Sequence record: PV660463
Strand: one strand, 5' to 3'
From: Escherichia phage LF82-41
DNA: 64,000 bases
Position numbers and translations under genes: made by a program. Every line of letters starts with the position of its first letter. The first letter of the stretch is position 1. A model generated the notes under the pieces. That model had not been told where the DNA came from. It saw only the letters and a program-made list of their open reading frames with translations, and did not search any database. Shown here piece by piece: positions 9,313-18,940 of the stretch.

Positions 9313-10413
9313 TTACGCTGTGAAGATTTTATCCCACATCGCAACAACTGCATCTCGGTTATACTTCTTCCATACTGCTTCAGCACGTTTAACTCGAGCT
9401 TCGTATGTGTCAGTGAATTCTAATACAGCTTTTGTGTAAAGCGCAACTACTTCTTTCTTAGGAGTAGAGGAATCAATTTCTACACGCACAGTATCTGGGT
9501 CGTATTCGAATGTCGCGTGCGGATAATCCTTAAAAACTAACTGAATCACAGGGACACCTTTAGAGATGGCTTCAATAGAACTATTCTCTACCGTACCCGT
9601 GTCAGGACACGTATTGATAAGTGCTTTAGCTGTTTTAAGACGTTCCATGATTTCACTGTGTGGAGCATCAATAATAACAGGATACTTAGCCGGCGGTGCC
9701 CATTTACTAGGACAGTATCCTGCACCATTTTCGCCTAGTGCTTTAATCGCTTCAAGAGCAACATCAGTACGACGCATTTTAGTGTCATAACGTTGTGCAC
9801 TAATAATCAGATCAGTCGCCGGAAGAACTTCAGGTTTATCATTCAAACAAATAACCGGATAATCTTCGGCTTCAAACAACGGATTTGCTCGCCAATAATC
9901 ATAATCAATTTTGCCAGTCAGACCTGAAGTCATATAACAATATTTGCGTTCAAATTCACGGAAGGCTTTAGTAGGAGCATAACTCTTACCACCGTTCTTA
10001 TGAATTTGAATAGTCTGGTCCCAAATTTGAACAATGCCACGAGATACCGGTTCAAATGGTGTTGCCATAAAATTCTTATGAACTTTAGAGAGACCTGCGT
10101 CTTTAATTGCCTGAACGGTTAGTTTGGTCGGTTCCATTGTAACAACGAAATCGTACTCATTAATGCCGGCTAGTTCAACAATCTTACGAGCCATAGTATA
10201 ACTCATACCTAGACTGAATTTAGTCAGATGACCAACAGGATGATGATTAACCTTCCAGTCACCAAACGTGTCATTATCAAAGCCGATATAATCAATATCA
10301 GCACCGATGGACACAAGATATTTCAATACATTTAAATGTACTGCTTCAAGACCACCTTGTACACGTTCTGGGTTAAATGGGACTGCGCGAGATGGGATAA
10401 ACATAACTTTCAT
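9313..10413 (-). CDS. GT-B fold glycosyltransferase (GT4-like), candidate DNA sugar transferase
   Basis: 366 aa; N-terminal MKVMFIPSRAVPFNPERVQGG.E resembles GT4 N-terminus; C-terminal TGTVENSSIEAISKGVPVI resembles EX7E donor-binding motif; occupies the T4 gene 60/mobA slot. Confidence 0.55.
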   Translation of the reverse strand: MKVMFIPSRAVPFNPERVQGGLEAVHLNVLKYLVSIGADIDYIGFDNDTFGDWKVNHHPVGHLTKFSLGMSYTMARKIVELAGINEYDFVVTMEPTKLTVQAIKDAGLSKVHKNFMATPFEPVSRGIVQIWDQTIQIHKNGGKSYAPTKAFREFERKYCYMTSGLTGKIDYDYWRANPLFEAEDYPVICLNDKPEVLPATDLIISAQRYDTKMRRTDVALEAIKALGENGAGYCPSKWAPPAKYPVIIDAPHSEIMERLKTAKALINTCPDTGTVENSSIEAISKGVPVIQLVFKDYPHATFEYDPDTVRVEIDSSTPKKEVVALYTKAVLEFTDTYEARVKRAEAVWKKYNRDAVVAMWDKIFTA

Positions 10414-10420
10414 AATTAAG

Positions 10421-10456
10421 CCTTATTAAAATTAAAATGAAGCTCCCGAAGGAGCT
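10421..10456 (-). terminator. rho-independent terminator after gene 39
   Basis: AGCTCC-cgaa-GGAGCT hairpin (10441-10456) followed by T-rich tract on minus strand. Confidence 0.45.
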
Positions 10457-12273
10457 TAGGACATCCATTCTTTACGAAGTTCTGAATCATCACCCATCAG
10501 CATTTCAAAGAGTTCTTTCCAATTTTCAGGAAGTTTAACTACGTCGTACACAGGGTTCTGAATCATTTCACGATACTCTGACTTTTCAAGGGAGCCTAAT
10601 CCCTTGATGTATCGAATACTATGCTTAGGCAGTGTATCTTTAACTTCTTCATACTCAGCTACAGTATAAAACCATTTTTGAGTTTTGCCAATTTGTGCAA
10701 TAATTACAGGTGTTTTAACAAAGCGAATACGTCCTTGTTCAAACAATTCAGGCCAATTACTAAAGAAAGCAAGCAAAGCAGGATAAATACTTCCAAGGCC
10801 GTCATGATCGGCATCGGTCATAATTGCAATATTACGATAGTTCGTATTCTCTGCCTTTTCACCAAGAATAAGACCTGTGATAGCACAGATATCAAAGAGC
10901 TCTTTGTTCTTCATCATATCAGCATATGACATACCCCAGCTATTCATCACCTTACCACGTAATGGGAATCCGCCGTGTAGTTCACGGTCACGAACATCAA
11001 TGAGATAACCAATTGCCGAATCACCTTCTGTTAAGAACAATGTCGTATCTGCATCTTTACCACATTGGTTAGCTTTAATATGTTTATGAACCTTAGCTTT
11101 AGTTGCCTTTTTAGCTGCTTTAGTTTCTGCTGCCTTTTCTGCTGCCAATTTACGAGCTAATGCTGCTTCAACAATAGGCATAATCAAGGCTTCATTTTTA
11201 AGAAGTGCCTGAGCAATTTTCTTAGCATCTAATTGGATATGATTACGAATATCACCATACGTTGACGTTAAACGTTCTTTAGTCTGAGAATCAAAACGCA
11301 TGTTGCTCATGTCTCTAATAAACATCAACATTGTGAGACATTCTTTAACACGAGCTTTAGTGACTTCAATACCCTTATATTTCTTTTTAATACCCGGCAA
11401 AAGATGTTCGCAGATATCGTCCATTACACATTCAACATGATGACCACCATTTTTAGTATGGATGTTATTCACATAAGTTAAATGACGGAAGCCATCTGGT
11501 GATGTTGTGAATGCTATAGAGACTTTATCATTTTCTTGAATGATATTATCTTCACCAAATTGTTTAGCAAATCGTTTAAAATTACCATCAACCTTTTTAC
11601 CATTAAATGTGAACTTGATATCAGGATAAACGACTGCCAATGTTTGAAGTCGGTCTAAAGTAATATCTAAATAAATTTGAGATAAATTATGCTCTTCAAA
11701 TGAAGTGAAATCAGGAGTGAATATTACTTTAGTGCCTTTACCTTTAGATTTCTTAGAAGACCATGATTTGTTTTCCATTCCGTTTGAACAGTTAACAGTG
11801 ATTTCATTTTCGCCATCTGACGTGATGCCTGTAAACAACGTAGAGAAGATATTAGTTAAACTACTCCCGACGCCGTTCATACCACCAGTCTTGCGTTCAG
11901 AGTCATCGCCAAAGTTACCACCGGCCTTTGGAATAGTCCAGGCTGCTACAGGCCCAGGAATTTGTTCACCTGTTTGGTCTGTAACTAAACCTTGAGGAAT
12001 ACCACGTCCGTTATCTTCCACTGAAACTTGATTATTTTTAATTTGCACATCAATTTTATTTGCAAACTTAAATGATGTACGAATAGCTTCATCAACCGAG
12101 TTGTCAATAATCTCATCGATTAATTTAACCAGACCAGGAACATATTCAACTTGTTGATATTTACCAAACAAAAAACGCTCATGGGCTTCTTTGGCCGAAG
12201 AACCAATATACATGCCACTACGTTTCTTAATATGTTCTACATCTGACAGTACCTTAATTTCATTTTTAATCAT
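10456..12273 (-). CDS. 39: DNA topoisomerase II large (ATPase, GyrB-like) subunit, contiguous 39+60 form
   Basis: 605 aa; GyrB-like ATPase N-terminus and TOPRIM-like C-terminal region in one ORF; T4 splits this into 39 and 60. Confidence 0.9.
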   Translation of the reverse strand: MIKNEIKVLSDVEHIKKRSGMYIGSSAKEAHERFLFGKYQQVEYVPGLVKLIDEIIDNSVDEAIRTSFKFANKIDVQIKNNQVSVEDNGRGIPQGLVTDQTGEQIPGPVAAWTIPKAGGNFGDDSERKTGGMNGVGSSLTNIFSTLFTGITSDGENEITVNCSNGMENKSWSSKKSKGKGTKVIFTPDFTSFEEHNLSQIYLDITLDRLQTLAVVYPDIKFTFNGKKVDGNFKRFAKQFGEDNIIQENDKVSIAFTTSPDGFRHLTYVNNIHTKNGGHHVECVMDDICEHLLPGIKKKYKGIEVTKARVKECLTMLMFIRDMSNMRFDSQTKERLTSTYGDIRNHIQLDAKKIAQALLKNEALIMPIVEAALARKLAAEKAAETKAAKKATKAKVHKHIKANQCGKDADTTLFLTEGDSAIGYLIDVRDRELHGGFPLRGKVMNSWGMSYADMMKNKELFDICAITGLILGEKAENTNYRNIAIMTDADHDGLGSIYPALLAFFSNWPELFEQGRIRFVKTPVIIAQIGKTQKWFYTVAEYEEVKDTLPKHSIRYIKGLGSLEKSEYREMIQNPVYDVVKLPENWKELFEMLMGDDSELRKEWMS

Positions 12274-12310
12274 GTTGTCTCCTCGTTATGAAGGTATTCT
12301 ATCATCCGAA

Positions 12311-12338
12311 ATCTAAAGCAAAAAGGGCCGAAGCCCTT
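12311..12338 (-). terminator. rho-independent terminator
   Basis: AAGGGC-cgaa-GCCCTT hairpin followed by T-run on minus strand. Confidence 0.45.
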
Positions 12339-12762
12339 ATTTAAATTTAATTTTCTGAAGTGCATCAATTGCAGCCAGTCGCCCTTGTTCACTTTTAACT
12401 GTAATGACCACATCGCCTGATACGATCACCGAACCATCAACAAATTCTATAGAGCCTTTTTTGAAATCAACAGATGTATCTGGTTCCGGAACTTCTTCAA
12501 AGAATTTAAATTCTGCACCATAAAGCAGAATATCACCTTGCATACTATGAATAGTTCGGCCATAATCGCCTACGGCTTCTACAGCAATCACTGAAACGCC
12601 GTAACCAATCATCTCTTCTACAATAAAATCTTTGGACAATAAAGTAGTATGCAGATTAGTATTAAGACGTTTACCAGTCGTATTAAGAATTCTCAAGAAA
12701 TTATCTTCCTGTCCTTTGATAATACGATATTTCTTACCAACTTCAAAACCTTTAAAAGCCAT
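12337..12762 (-). CDS. hypothetical protein (141 aa)
   Basis: ORF track. Confidence 0.5.
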   Translation of the reverse strand: MAFKGFEVGKKYRIIKGQEDNFLRILNTTGKRLNTNLHTTLLSKDFIVEEMIGYGVSVIAVEAVGDYGRTIHSMQGDILLYGAEFKFFEEVPEPDTSVDFKKGSIEFVDGSVIVSGDVVITVKSEQGRLAAIDALQKIKFK

Positions 12763-12764
12763 AA

Positions 12765-12944
12765 TTAACCCTTCTTAAGTAAGTCGTAAAAACCACCGTT
12801 CACATGTTTAGGAGCAGAAACCCGACGAGTAGACAGACGATGACATTCAGGGCAAACATCGTTTTCTCGTTCAGAAATCCTTTTAATTTTTTCATATTCA
12901 TGTCCACAATCTTCAGATTGACATTTATAGTCGTATAACGGCAT
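12765..12944 (-). CDS. FmdB-like zinc-ribbon protein (59 aa)
   Basis: Manual translation MPLYDYKCQSEDCGHEYEKIKRISERENDVCPECH...; two CxxC pairs; below track cutoff. Confidence 0.45.
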   Translation of the reverse strand: MPLYDYKCQSEDCGHEYEKIKRISERENDVCPECHRLSTRRVSAPKHVNGGFYDLLKKG

Positions 12945-12946
12945 TA

Positions 12947-13375
12947 TTATTCCTTAAAATGTGCTTTCAACATTTGATACAAAGACCATGCCTGGTCGTT
13001 ATTTTCGATAGTAATCGTCATCACAGGAAATTCAGACAATTCGTCAAGTTCGTCAGAATCTTGCTCTTCAGACTCTTGATATGGATTTCCAACTTCATCA
13101 AAAAACTCTGCTTCACTAGTAGAGAGCCAGATAAAGTTTTCATCAAGAATATCACCACCTGTCGCGTATCCAACCATGCCAGTAGATGTCACAATTTTAG
13201 TAGGACGTCCAAGATGGTCAACATCTAATACTTTAAATGGTTCCATGCCAAGACGTCGTGCATAAATCCCATTATCAGTATGGTCTTTAATAAACTCTTC
13301 TTGGGCACGTTTATCTTTAAATTGGTACCATGAGTTAACGCGGAATTTATTAGCCATTAGTAAGTTTCCTTCCAA
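12947..13375 (-). CDS. hypothetical acidic protein (142 aa)
   Basis: ORF track. Confidence 0.5.
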   Translation of the reverse strand: MEGNLLMANKFRVNSWYQFKDKRAQEEFIKDHTDNGIYARRLGMEPFKVLDVDHLGRPTKIVTSTGMVGYATGGDILDENFIWLSTSEAEFFDEVGNPYQESEEQDSDELDELSEFPVMTITIENNDQAWSLYQMLKAHFKE

Positions 13376-13584
13376 TAAGTTGTACCGTTTTCAGTGATTT
13401 CACGGAAGATACCATAGATAGGCATTTCATCACCGAGTTTTTCGTAAACGTAAACCACTTCGGTGTAGCATAAAAATTCGGTCCAGCTTTTCTGTACAAC
13501 AACTAAATCAGGATTAAACAGAACATCTTCAAACTCATCGATGTTTGAATCAGTAGTTACGTTTTTAATGATTTGACGTTTCAT
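13357..13584 (-). CDS. hypothetical protein (about 75 aa; start at internal Met with GAGGAG RBS)
   Basis: Track ORF N-terminus is read-through of promoter element; AGAGGAG RBS precedes Met at 13584. Confidence 0.45.
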   Translation of the reverse strand: MKRQIIKNVTTDSNIDEFEDVLFNPDLVVVQKSWTEFLCYTEVVYVYEKLGDEMPIYGIFREITENGTTYWKETY

Positions 13585-13610
13585 AATATTCTCCTCTTGT
13601 TTTGATAGGT

Positions 13611-13642
13611 CTATAGTATCATAGACCATAGTTGTTGTACAT
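13611..13642 (-). promoter_or_regulatory. early-type promoter, family 1
   Basis: TGTACA - spacer - TGaTACTAT + AGACCTATC on minus strand. Confidence 0.45.
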
Positions 13643-14166
13643 CATTTTAGCAAAATAAAATCAACTTGTTCTGCCAATGAACGTCTAAACATTAATTGAC
13701 AACTTCCGAGGATGAAATCAGGTGCTTCATAGACCGCGATGTAGTATCCTTTAGCTTTCAAGAGTTCAACATCCACTTGGTCATCAAACCATGCATAAAC
13801 CGCGTCAACACTTTCAAATCCAAAATAGAACCCTTGAGCCCAATCTTCGTTCAATTCAAATGTGTGCTCAATTCTATAGTATCTTAAGATATTTTGTTCA
13901 AGGAGTTTGTCTTCATTTACTGTAGGACGATTAGGGACATTATAGTTGTCGCCGTGATGGTAGAAGTTACCTGAGAGTATTCCATGCTTATCAAGGAACT
14001 CCCATGTTTCTTCAGAGTTGTCGGTGCCCGACCAACCGTATGGCGAACGAGGTTCTTTATTCCAAGAGGTTTCCCAAATTCTGACGGCTTTACCATCTTC
14101 GATAGCAACTCCTGGTAAAGATTCACGTTGAGTGCAAAAACTACGTTCTACGCGGTAAACTAACAT
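13642..14166 (-). CDS. hypothetical protein (174 aa)
   Basis: ORF track. Confidence 0.5.
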   Translation of the reverse strand: MLVYRVERSFCTQRESLPGVAIEDGKAVRIWETSWNKEPRSPYGWSGTDNSEETWEFLDKHGILSGNFYHHGDNYNVPNRPTVNEDKLLEQNILRYYRIEHTFELNEDWAQGFYFGFESVDAVYAWFDDQVDVELLKAKGYYIAVYEAPDFILGSCQLMFRRSLAEQVDFILLK

Positions 14167-14225
14167 ATTATTCTCCTCTGGTTGATATGGTTATAATATC
14201 AAAAACAGAGGAGAAGTAAACAACT

Positions 14226-14645
14226 TTATGCAAAAGATGCTGGACAATATTTTTTGATTTGGAACTCAGGAACTACCATGAACTGTCCAGCGAAAACGAT
14301 GTTATAAAGCTTAACACCATCTTCTACCCAACGGTCGCTAATAAATCCGGCTATTTGCTTAGTTTTCCATGGCGTTCCATCAGTTGCAGCATCAATAGTA
14401 AATTCATGGTCTTTTACAACTAAAACAGACCTGCATAGTTTCCATTTGAACGCTTTTTCTTCTGGTTCAATGAATTGGCTTTTAACGTAACCAATGTTGC
14501 CATCAGCATCACGAACTTTAACTTCATTGCGACCAAAAACAGGATCACTTACATAAAGAACTTCAACCAACTTACCAGCAACTTTAGAGCGAGAAGCATC
14601 CGATACGTGTACGTAATCACCAATAGAGAGATTTACAATATTCAT
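14226..14645 (-). CDS. paralog family protein 1 (139 aa)
   Basis: Shares SASRSK.AG.LVEV and FISD.WVEDG.KLYNIVF blocks with 14655..15110. Confidence 0.55.
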   Translation of the reverse strand: MNIVNLSIGDYVHVSDASRSKVAGKLVEVLYVSDPVFGRNEVKVRDADGNIGYVKSQFIEPEEKAFKWKLCRSVLVVKDHEFTIDAATDGTPWKTKQIAGFISDRWVEDGVKLYNIVFAGQFMVVPEFQIKKYCPASFA

Positions 14646-14654
14646 AATAATTCC

Positions 14655-15110
14655 TTAAGCTTTACGAGGAGACACATAGCGAGTGATTTCAGATTCTTTA
14701 ACAACTCGGAAGTCACCTAAGAATACGATATTGTATAACTTTTCACCATCTTCAACCCATTGGTCACTAATGAAGCCACACATAATATCAGTTTTGTTTG
14801 GATAACCGTATTCATCGATGAAGTCAAATTCTTTATCAGTCTGGAATTCAACACCTTTGCAAAGGGCCCATTTGAACTGTACATTGGGTTCAGTAGAAGC
14901 AAAATGAGCGCTCACATGAGTTTCCAAGAATTTAGGACTTACGTAAGCGTACTGAGTTTCAGTTTTTCCAGAACTAGGAATGATTCGAACTTTAACTTCT
15001 TTAACACGACCAGTACCATTAGTACGAAGTCCTACCACTTCAACTAGACGACCTGCAGCTTTAGAACGAGATGCAGACGATACACGCTTAATTTCACCAA
15101 TAGTAATCAT
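14655..15110 (-). CDS. paralog family protein 2 (about 151 aa, start at internal Met)
   Basis: Paralog of 14226..14645; family-2 promoter overlaps the track ORF N-terminus. Confidence 0.55.
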   Translation of the reverse strand: MITIGEIKRVSSASRSKAAGRLVEVVGLRTNGTGRVKEVKVRIIPSSGKTETQYAYVSPKFLETHVSAHFASTEPNVQFKWALCKGVEFQTDKEFDFIDEYGYPNKTDIMCGFISDQWVEDGEKLYNIVFLGDFRVVKESEITRYVSPRKA

Positions 15111-15138
15111 AATTTCTCTCTCTTTGTTTAAGTTGAAT

Positions 15139-15170
15139 TCATTATACTCCATCCGTCCTTGGATGTACAA
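15139..15170 (-). promoter_or_regulatory. early-type promoter, family 2 (TTGTACA...GGAGTATAAT)
   Basis: minus-strand TATAAT at 15141-15146 with TTGTAC about 18 nt upstream. Confidence 0.5.
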
Positions 15171-15172
15171 CA

Positions 15173-15667
15173 TTAATTAAGGATATTAACCACAGCACTA
15201 CGTGGAACTACACTAAAATCACCTGCATGAACAACGTTCAGAAGTTCAACACCGTCTTCAATCCACTGATCAGTTACCCATCCATTTACTGGACCAGCGA
15301 ATGGTCGTCGAATTGAAACATATTTACACAACAAATCAGTAGGCTCAATAGGCTTAATCAGAGTACCATACATACAAGCGATATCCATATCAATACAGAT
15401 GTCTTTAACAGGTTCTACTTCTTCAATCAACAGTTCAAAGTCGGTGCTTGGAAGGGCGGTAGTAGAAATTGTACCATATGAATTTTTAATTTCTAAGAAT
15501 AACCAAGGGCCTTCAACTTGTTTGATGAAGTTAACAATAGTGAAACTATTACCTTGAGTGGCACCTAAAATTTCACAAAACTTTTCATAAGCTCGCACTG
15601 AAGCACCGTACCAGTTGATTTGTTTTTCATCTTTCAGGATGTAAGTAGCCGTGGTATTGATATTCAT
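15173..15667 (-). CDS. paralog family protein 3 (164 aa)
   Basis: C-terminus GWVTDQWIEDGVELLNVVHAGDFSVV aligns with the other two paralogs. Confidence 0.55.
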   Translation of the reverse strand: MNINTTATYILKDEKQINWYGASVRAYEKFCEILGATQGNSFTIVNFIKQVEGPWLFLEIKNSYGTISTTALPSTDFELLIEEVEPVKDICIDMDIACMYGTLIKPIEPTDLLCKYVSIRRPFAGPVNGWVTDQWIEDGVELLNVVHAGDFSVVPRSAVVNILN

Positions 15668-15693
15668 AATATTTTCCTCTCGTTAAGATAGGT

Positions 15694-15725
15694 TCATTAT
15701 ACTCCAACCATCCTTGGTTGTAAAC
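15694..15725 (-). promoter_or_regulatory. early-type promoter, family 2
   Basis: GTTTAC (15720-15725) - N18 - TATAAT (15696-15701) on minus strand. Confidence 0.5.
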
Positions 15726-15730
15726 TGGTT

Positions 15731-16408
15731 TTATCGCTGTTTTACACTTAACGGGTCAGGATTCTCAGGGACATCTTCAAGGCCAAGCGCATAACGCTGA
15801 GCATATTTTAACATCAAAATATCTTTAGCACAATCGTGAATACTATCATGGGCAACGAATCCTTTTAGCGTACCCATCGGTAATGGACACATACTTAATC
15901 CTCGTGTCAACGAGTAAGCTTCGATTGCCGTACGAATATCACGTTGAGCCCAGAATTTAACAGGTTCTAATTTATCGGTATCAATATCTGGTTCAAGAAC
16001 ACCTTCATCACGATAGAGGTCACGAATCAAATCGACCAAGATAGGGAAGTCAAAGCTCATACCACGGCACCACATCTGTGATTTCCATTGGTCAACTTTA
16101 TTAGCTCGACAATAATCTAAAAAGATTTTAATGCCTTCAAGCGTAGTGACATCGTCTTCAGACGGGGCCAGGTTTTTACGTGCTTCTGCTGATTGTTCTT
16201 TCCACCATTTCATAGTGGATTTAGCGAAAACTCGCTTCCCTTTTTGAGAAGCTAAATTAAATTTAATTCGCTTACCTCGTTGAACAAGTTCTTCAAATGT
16301 TTCAACAACATCAGGGTCCGAATTATATGCAATAACCGCAAGGTCAATAACAGCAGCTTTTGACGTATTGCCGAATGTTTCAAAATCTATAATAACATCA
16401 GTGCTCAT
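15731..16408 (-). CDS. dexA: exonuclease A (DnaQ-like 3'-5' exonuclease)
   Basis: 225 aa; N-terminal IIDFETFG exo I motif; T4 DexA size and position next to dda. Confidence 0.75.
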   Translation of the reverse strand: MSTDVIIDFETFGNTSKAAVIDLAVIAYNSDPDVVETFEELVQRGKRIKFNLASQKGKRVFAKSTMKWWKEQSAEARKNLAPSEDDVTTLEGIKIFLDYCRANKVDQWKSQMWCRGMSFDFPILVDLIRDLYRDEGVLEPDIDTDKLEPVKFWAQRDIRTAIEAYSLTRGLSMCPLPMGTLKGFVAHDSIHDCAKDILMLKYAQRYALGLEDVPENPDPLSVKQR

Positions 16409-16417
16409 AATTTTCTC

Positions 16418-17731
16418 TCAAATAAAATGGACGTCAAAACGACCACGAGTTGTGCCGACATACAATAACTGTTTAGCTAGTTCTGAATCGGCATAATGGA
16501 TACACGGTGTATAAACAAAGGCCGTGTCAACAGACATACCCTGGGCCTTATGGAAGGTTGATACTGGTAGTGCCTTCACCTTAGTGAACATGCGTTTAGC
16601 ATCCCAGAATTCGCTCCATGGAGCTTTACCACCTTTATTCCAGAATTTGTATGTTTCTGCAGTCTTAGCCAAAAACAAATTGAATTTATAAAGCTCTTCT
16701 TCAGAAGAAATAACCTTTATATCTTCGCGGACGTATTCTTCATCATCGCCATATGTTTCTACTGTAAGATTCCAGTATCGTATCATATATTCGCCTGAAA
16801 CACCACGTGCTTTAACAAATGTAGACGTTTCTACGGCATCTCGAATACGAACGAATTGCCCGTTATTGAAAAGCATTTCAGACATATTTTTGCCATCTAG
16901 CTTATACGTCTTGGTAAACGGCTCTTGTAGAACAATGACCTCGTCTTTAATAAATGGCTTTTCTGTTTCGAGAAGTTTTCGGCGAATAATTGAATTTAAC
17001 TTGTCCACCGACTTATTTGTGAATGCCATCATTCGATTTTCGAAAAGGTCTTCAGGAGTTTTAACGACATTAAAATAGTTCATCATATATGATTTAAGGT
17101 CTGTATATCCATGAACACCGTGCCCATCAACTACTTTATCATAAATCCATTTGCCATTACGAATATCAGTCGCAACATCAATAATTGGTGCATTGCTACG
17201 TTTAACTTCTGTAAGGTTGCATTGCACGAAGTCTTTGTGAGTGAAGAAAGGACTTAGATACGCAGTTGATTCGCCTGGGTCTACCGGTCGAATCTGGCAT
17301 CGGTCACCAATTCCAATTACTGTACACCATTTAGGGATACTAGCTAACATTATTTTAAACAGAGAACGGTCACACATTGACGCTTCATCAAATAACAGTA
17401 CACGACACAAGGCTAAGTCGGGAACCTTTTTCTGTTCAAACAATACGTTTTCTTCGTATGTGGTTGGGTTGATTTTAAGAATGCTATGAATGGTTGATGC
17501 TTCTTGACCCGCAAGTTTGCTTAGAACCTTTTTAGCAGCATGTGTAGGGGCTGCTAAAATAATACCTGATTCTCCAGAAGAAATAAGGGCTTCAACGATG
17601 AATCTAGTAAGGGTTGTTTTACCTGTACCGGCAGGTCCATTAATAGTTACATGATGTTTCTTTTCTTTAATAGCTTCCATAACAACGTTGAAGGCGTTTT
17701 TCTGGCCTTCAGTCAAATCATCAAATGTCAT
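16418..17731 (-). CDS. dda: Dda DNA helicase (SF1B)
   Basis: 437 aa; Walker A GPAGTGKTT; T4 Dda size and synteny. Confidence 0.9.
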   Translation of the reverse strand: MTFDDLTEGQKNAFNVVMEAIKEKKHHVTINGPAGTGKTTLTRFIVEALISSGESGIILAAPTHAAKKVLSKLAGQEASTIHSILKINPTTYEENVLFEQKKVPDLALCRVLLFDEASMCDRSLFKIMLASIPKWCTVIGIGDRCQIRPVDPGESTAYLSPFFTHKDFVQCNLTEVKRSNAPIIDVATDIRNGKWIYDKVVDGHGVHGYTDLKSYMMNYFNVVKTPEDLFENRMMAFTNKSVDKLNSIIRRKLLETEKPFIKDEVIVLQEPFTKTYKLDGKNMSEMLFNNGQFVRIRDAVETSTFVKARGVSGEYMIRYWNLTVETYGDDEEYVREDIKVISSEEELYKFNLFLAKTAETYKFWNKGGKAPWSEFWDAKRMFTKVKALPVSTFHKAQGMSVDTAFVYTPCIHYADSELAKQLLYVGTTRGRFDVHFI

Positions 17732-18039
17732 CGTAAAGTCCCTGCAATTGGAATACTAACAATACGGCCTGTGTCCAGGATTCGTTGATACAATCTTTGC
17801 GTCTCCGCATCTAGTTTAACGTGTTTCATTTCAAGCTTATTAAACCAGAACTTACGCGGAGTTTCGACCATTCTTAGAACTCCCATTTTTAAATCTGTTT
17901 TATACTGTGTTTTCAAAGTATCGAAAACTTTATCTGCAATATCCTTTCTAAAAAATACTGCAGGACGATGCTCATCAAGTGGAACCGGGACAGTAAATCC
18001 TTCCATATCTCGATAAACTATTGCATATACATAAACCAT
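17728..18039 (-). CDS. hypothetical protein (103 aa), dda.1 position
   Basis: ORF track; 4-nt overlap with dda. Confidence 0.5.
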   Translation of the reverse strand: MVYVYAIVYRDMEGFTVPVPLDEHRPAVFFRKDIADKVFDTLKTQYKTDLKMGVLRMVETPRKFWFNKLEMKHVKLDAETQRLYQRILDTGRIVSIPIAGTLR

Positions 18040-18041
18040 AA

Positions 18042-18788
18042 TTAACCTTTAATCAGTTGGAATAATGATGCGCTAAGTGGTAAGCCACGTTTCAATTTTA
18101 ATTTACCAATGAAACCAATCTTTTCAAAACGTTGCAGACCTTGGATAACTTTATCATATGTATCGAAAAGCGATTCAGCGTCAGTTAATTTAGTTTTAGT
18201 TTTCCAGTCAGAGCCTTTAAGAAGAACGTTGAGTTTAGTAAGTTCATGGCCTTCTGCTTGATGTGAGCCATTAATGCGTGCTTTCAAAGCAACAATTCTA
18301 AGTTTAGATTCGTTAGATAAAGGTTGATTTTTCATCATGTTCGCCATATGCTTAACACGATTTTCACGTTTTGCTCGGATTTTTAAAATAGTACCATAAA
18401 CCTTTTTAATTTGGGCCCATTTCTTCTCGTCGAGATTAAGTTTCTCTACTTTACGGGCAGAAGGATTAGCGATACGTCTTGCAATGGCGTCACGTTTCTC
18501 AATAAGTTCTTCTAATGTTAAATCAGAACGAGCCGTGTTATATTTTTTCTTAACCGGGATAACATTACCTTTAATGTAGCCTATATCATTATTAAAACGT
18601 TCTAAGGATAATTTCTCACCTTCAACAGAGTTATTAAAAGATTCACCTGAGTAAGCGCAGACCTTTTGATCAAGAATGTTTTTAAGGTAATTAAAGTCTA
18701 AGTTAAAATCCTTAGAGCGTCTCTTCGCAGAAGCTCTGGTGTGGTCAAGTCGACGATTGATTTTGTTAATTTTATTATTTGATAACAT
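18042..18788 (-). CDS. Srd-like protein (position-based); contains degenerate HNH-like segment
   Basis: 248 aa; between dda.1 and modA as T4 srd; segment CAYSG...LSLERFNNDIGYIKGNVIPV. Confidence 0.4.
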   Translation of the reverse strand: MLSNNKINKINRRLDHTRASAKRRSKDFNLDFNYLKNILDQKVCAYSGESFNNSVEGEKLSLERFNNDIGYIKGNVIPVKKKYNTARSDLTLEELIEKRDAIARRIANPSARKVEKLNLDEKKWAQIKKVYGTILKIRAKRENRVKHMANMMKNQPLSNESKLRIVALKARINGSHQAEGHELTKLNVLLKGSDWKTKTKLTDAESLFDTYDKVIQGLQRFEKIGFIGKLKLKRGLPLSASLFQLIKG

Positions 18789-18835
18789 AATATTTTCCTC
18801 TGTCTTACGGACGTTAGGTCATTTAGCTGATAGGT

Positions 18836-18868
18836 CTATAATATCATGCCCTCAGGTAGTGTACACTC
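18836..18868 (-). promoter_or_regulatory. early-type promoter, family 1
   Basis: TGaTATTAT + AGACCTATC element upstream of 18788 start. Confidence 0.45.
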
Positions 18869-18940
18869 TTTTTTCATAAAATGCTTTAATTTTTTATGTG
18901 TTATAATGGTTCTGAGTTCCATCCGGTTATTCCAATTCAG

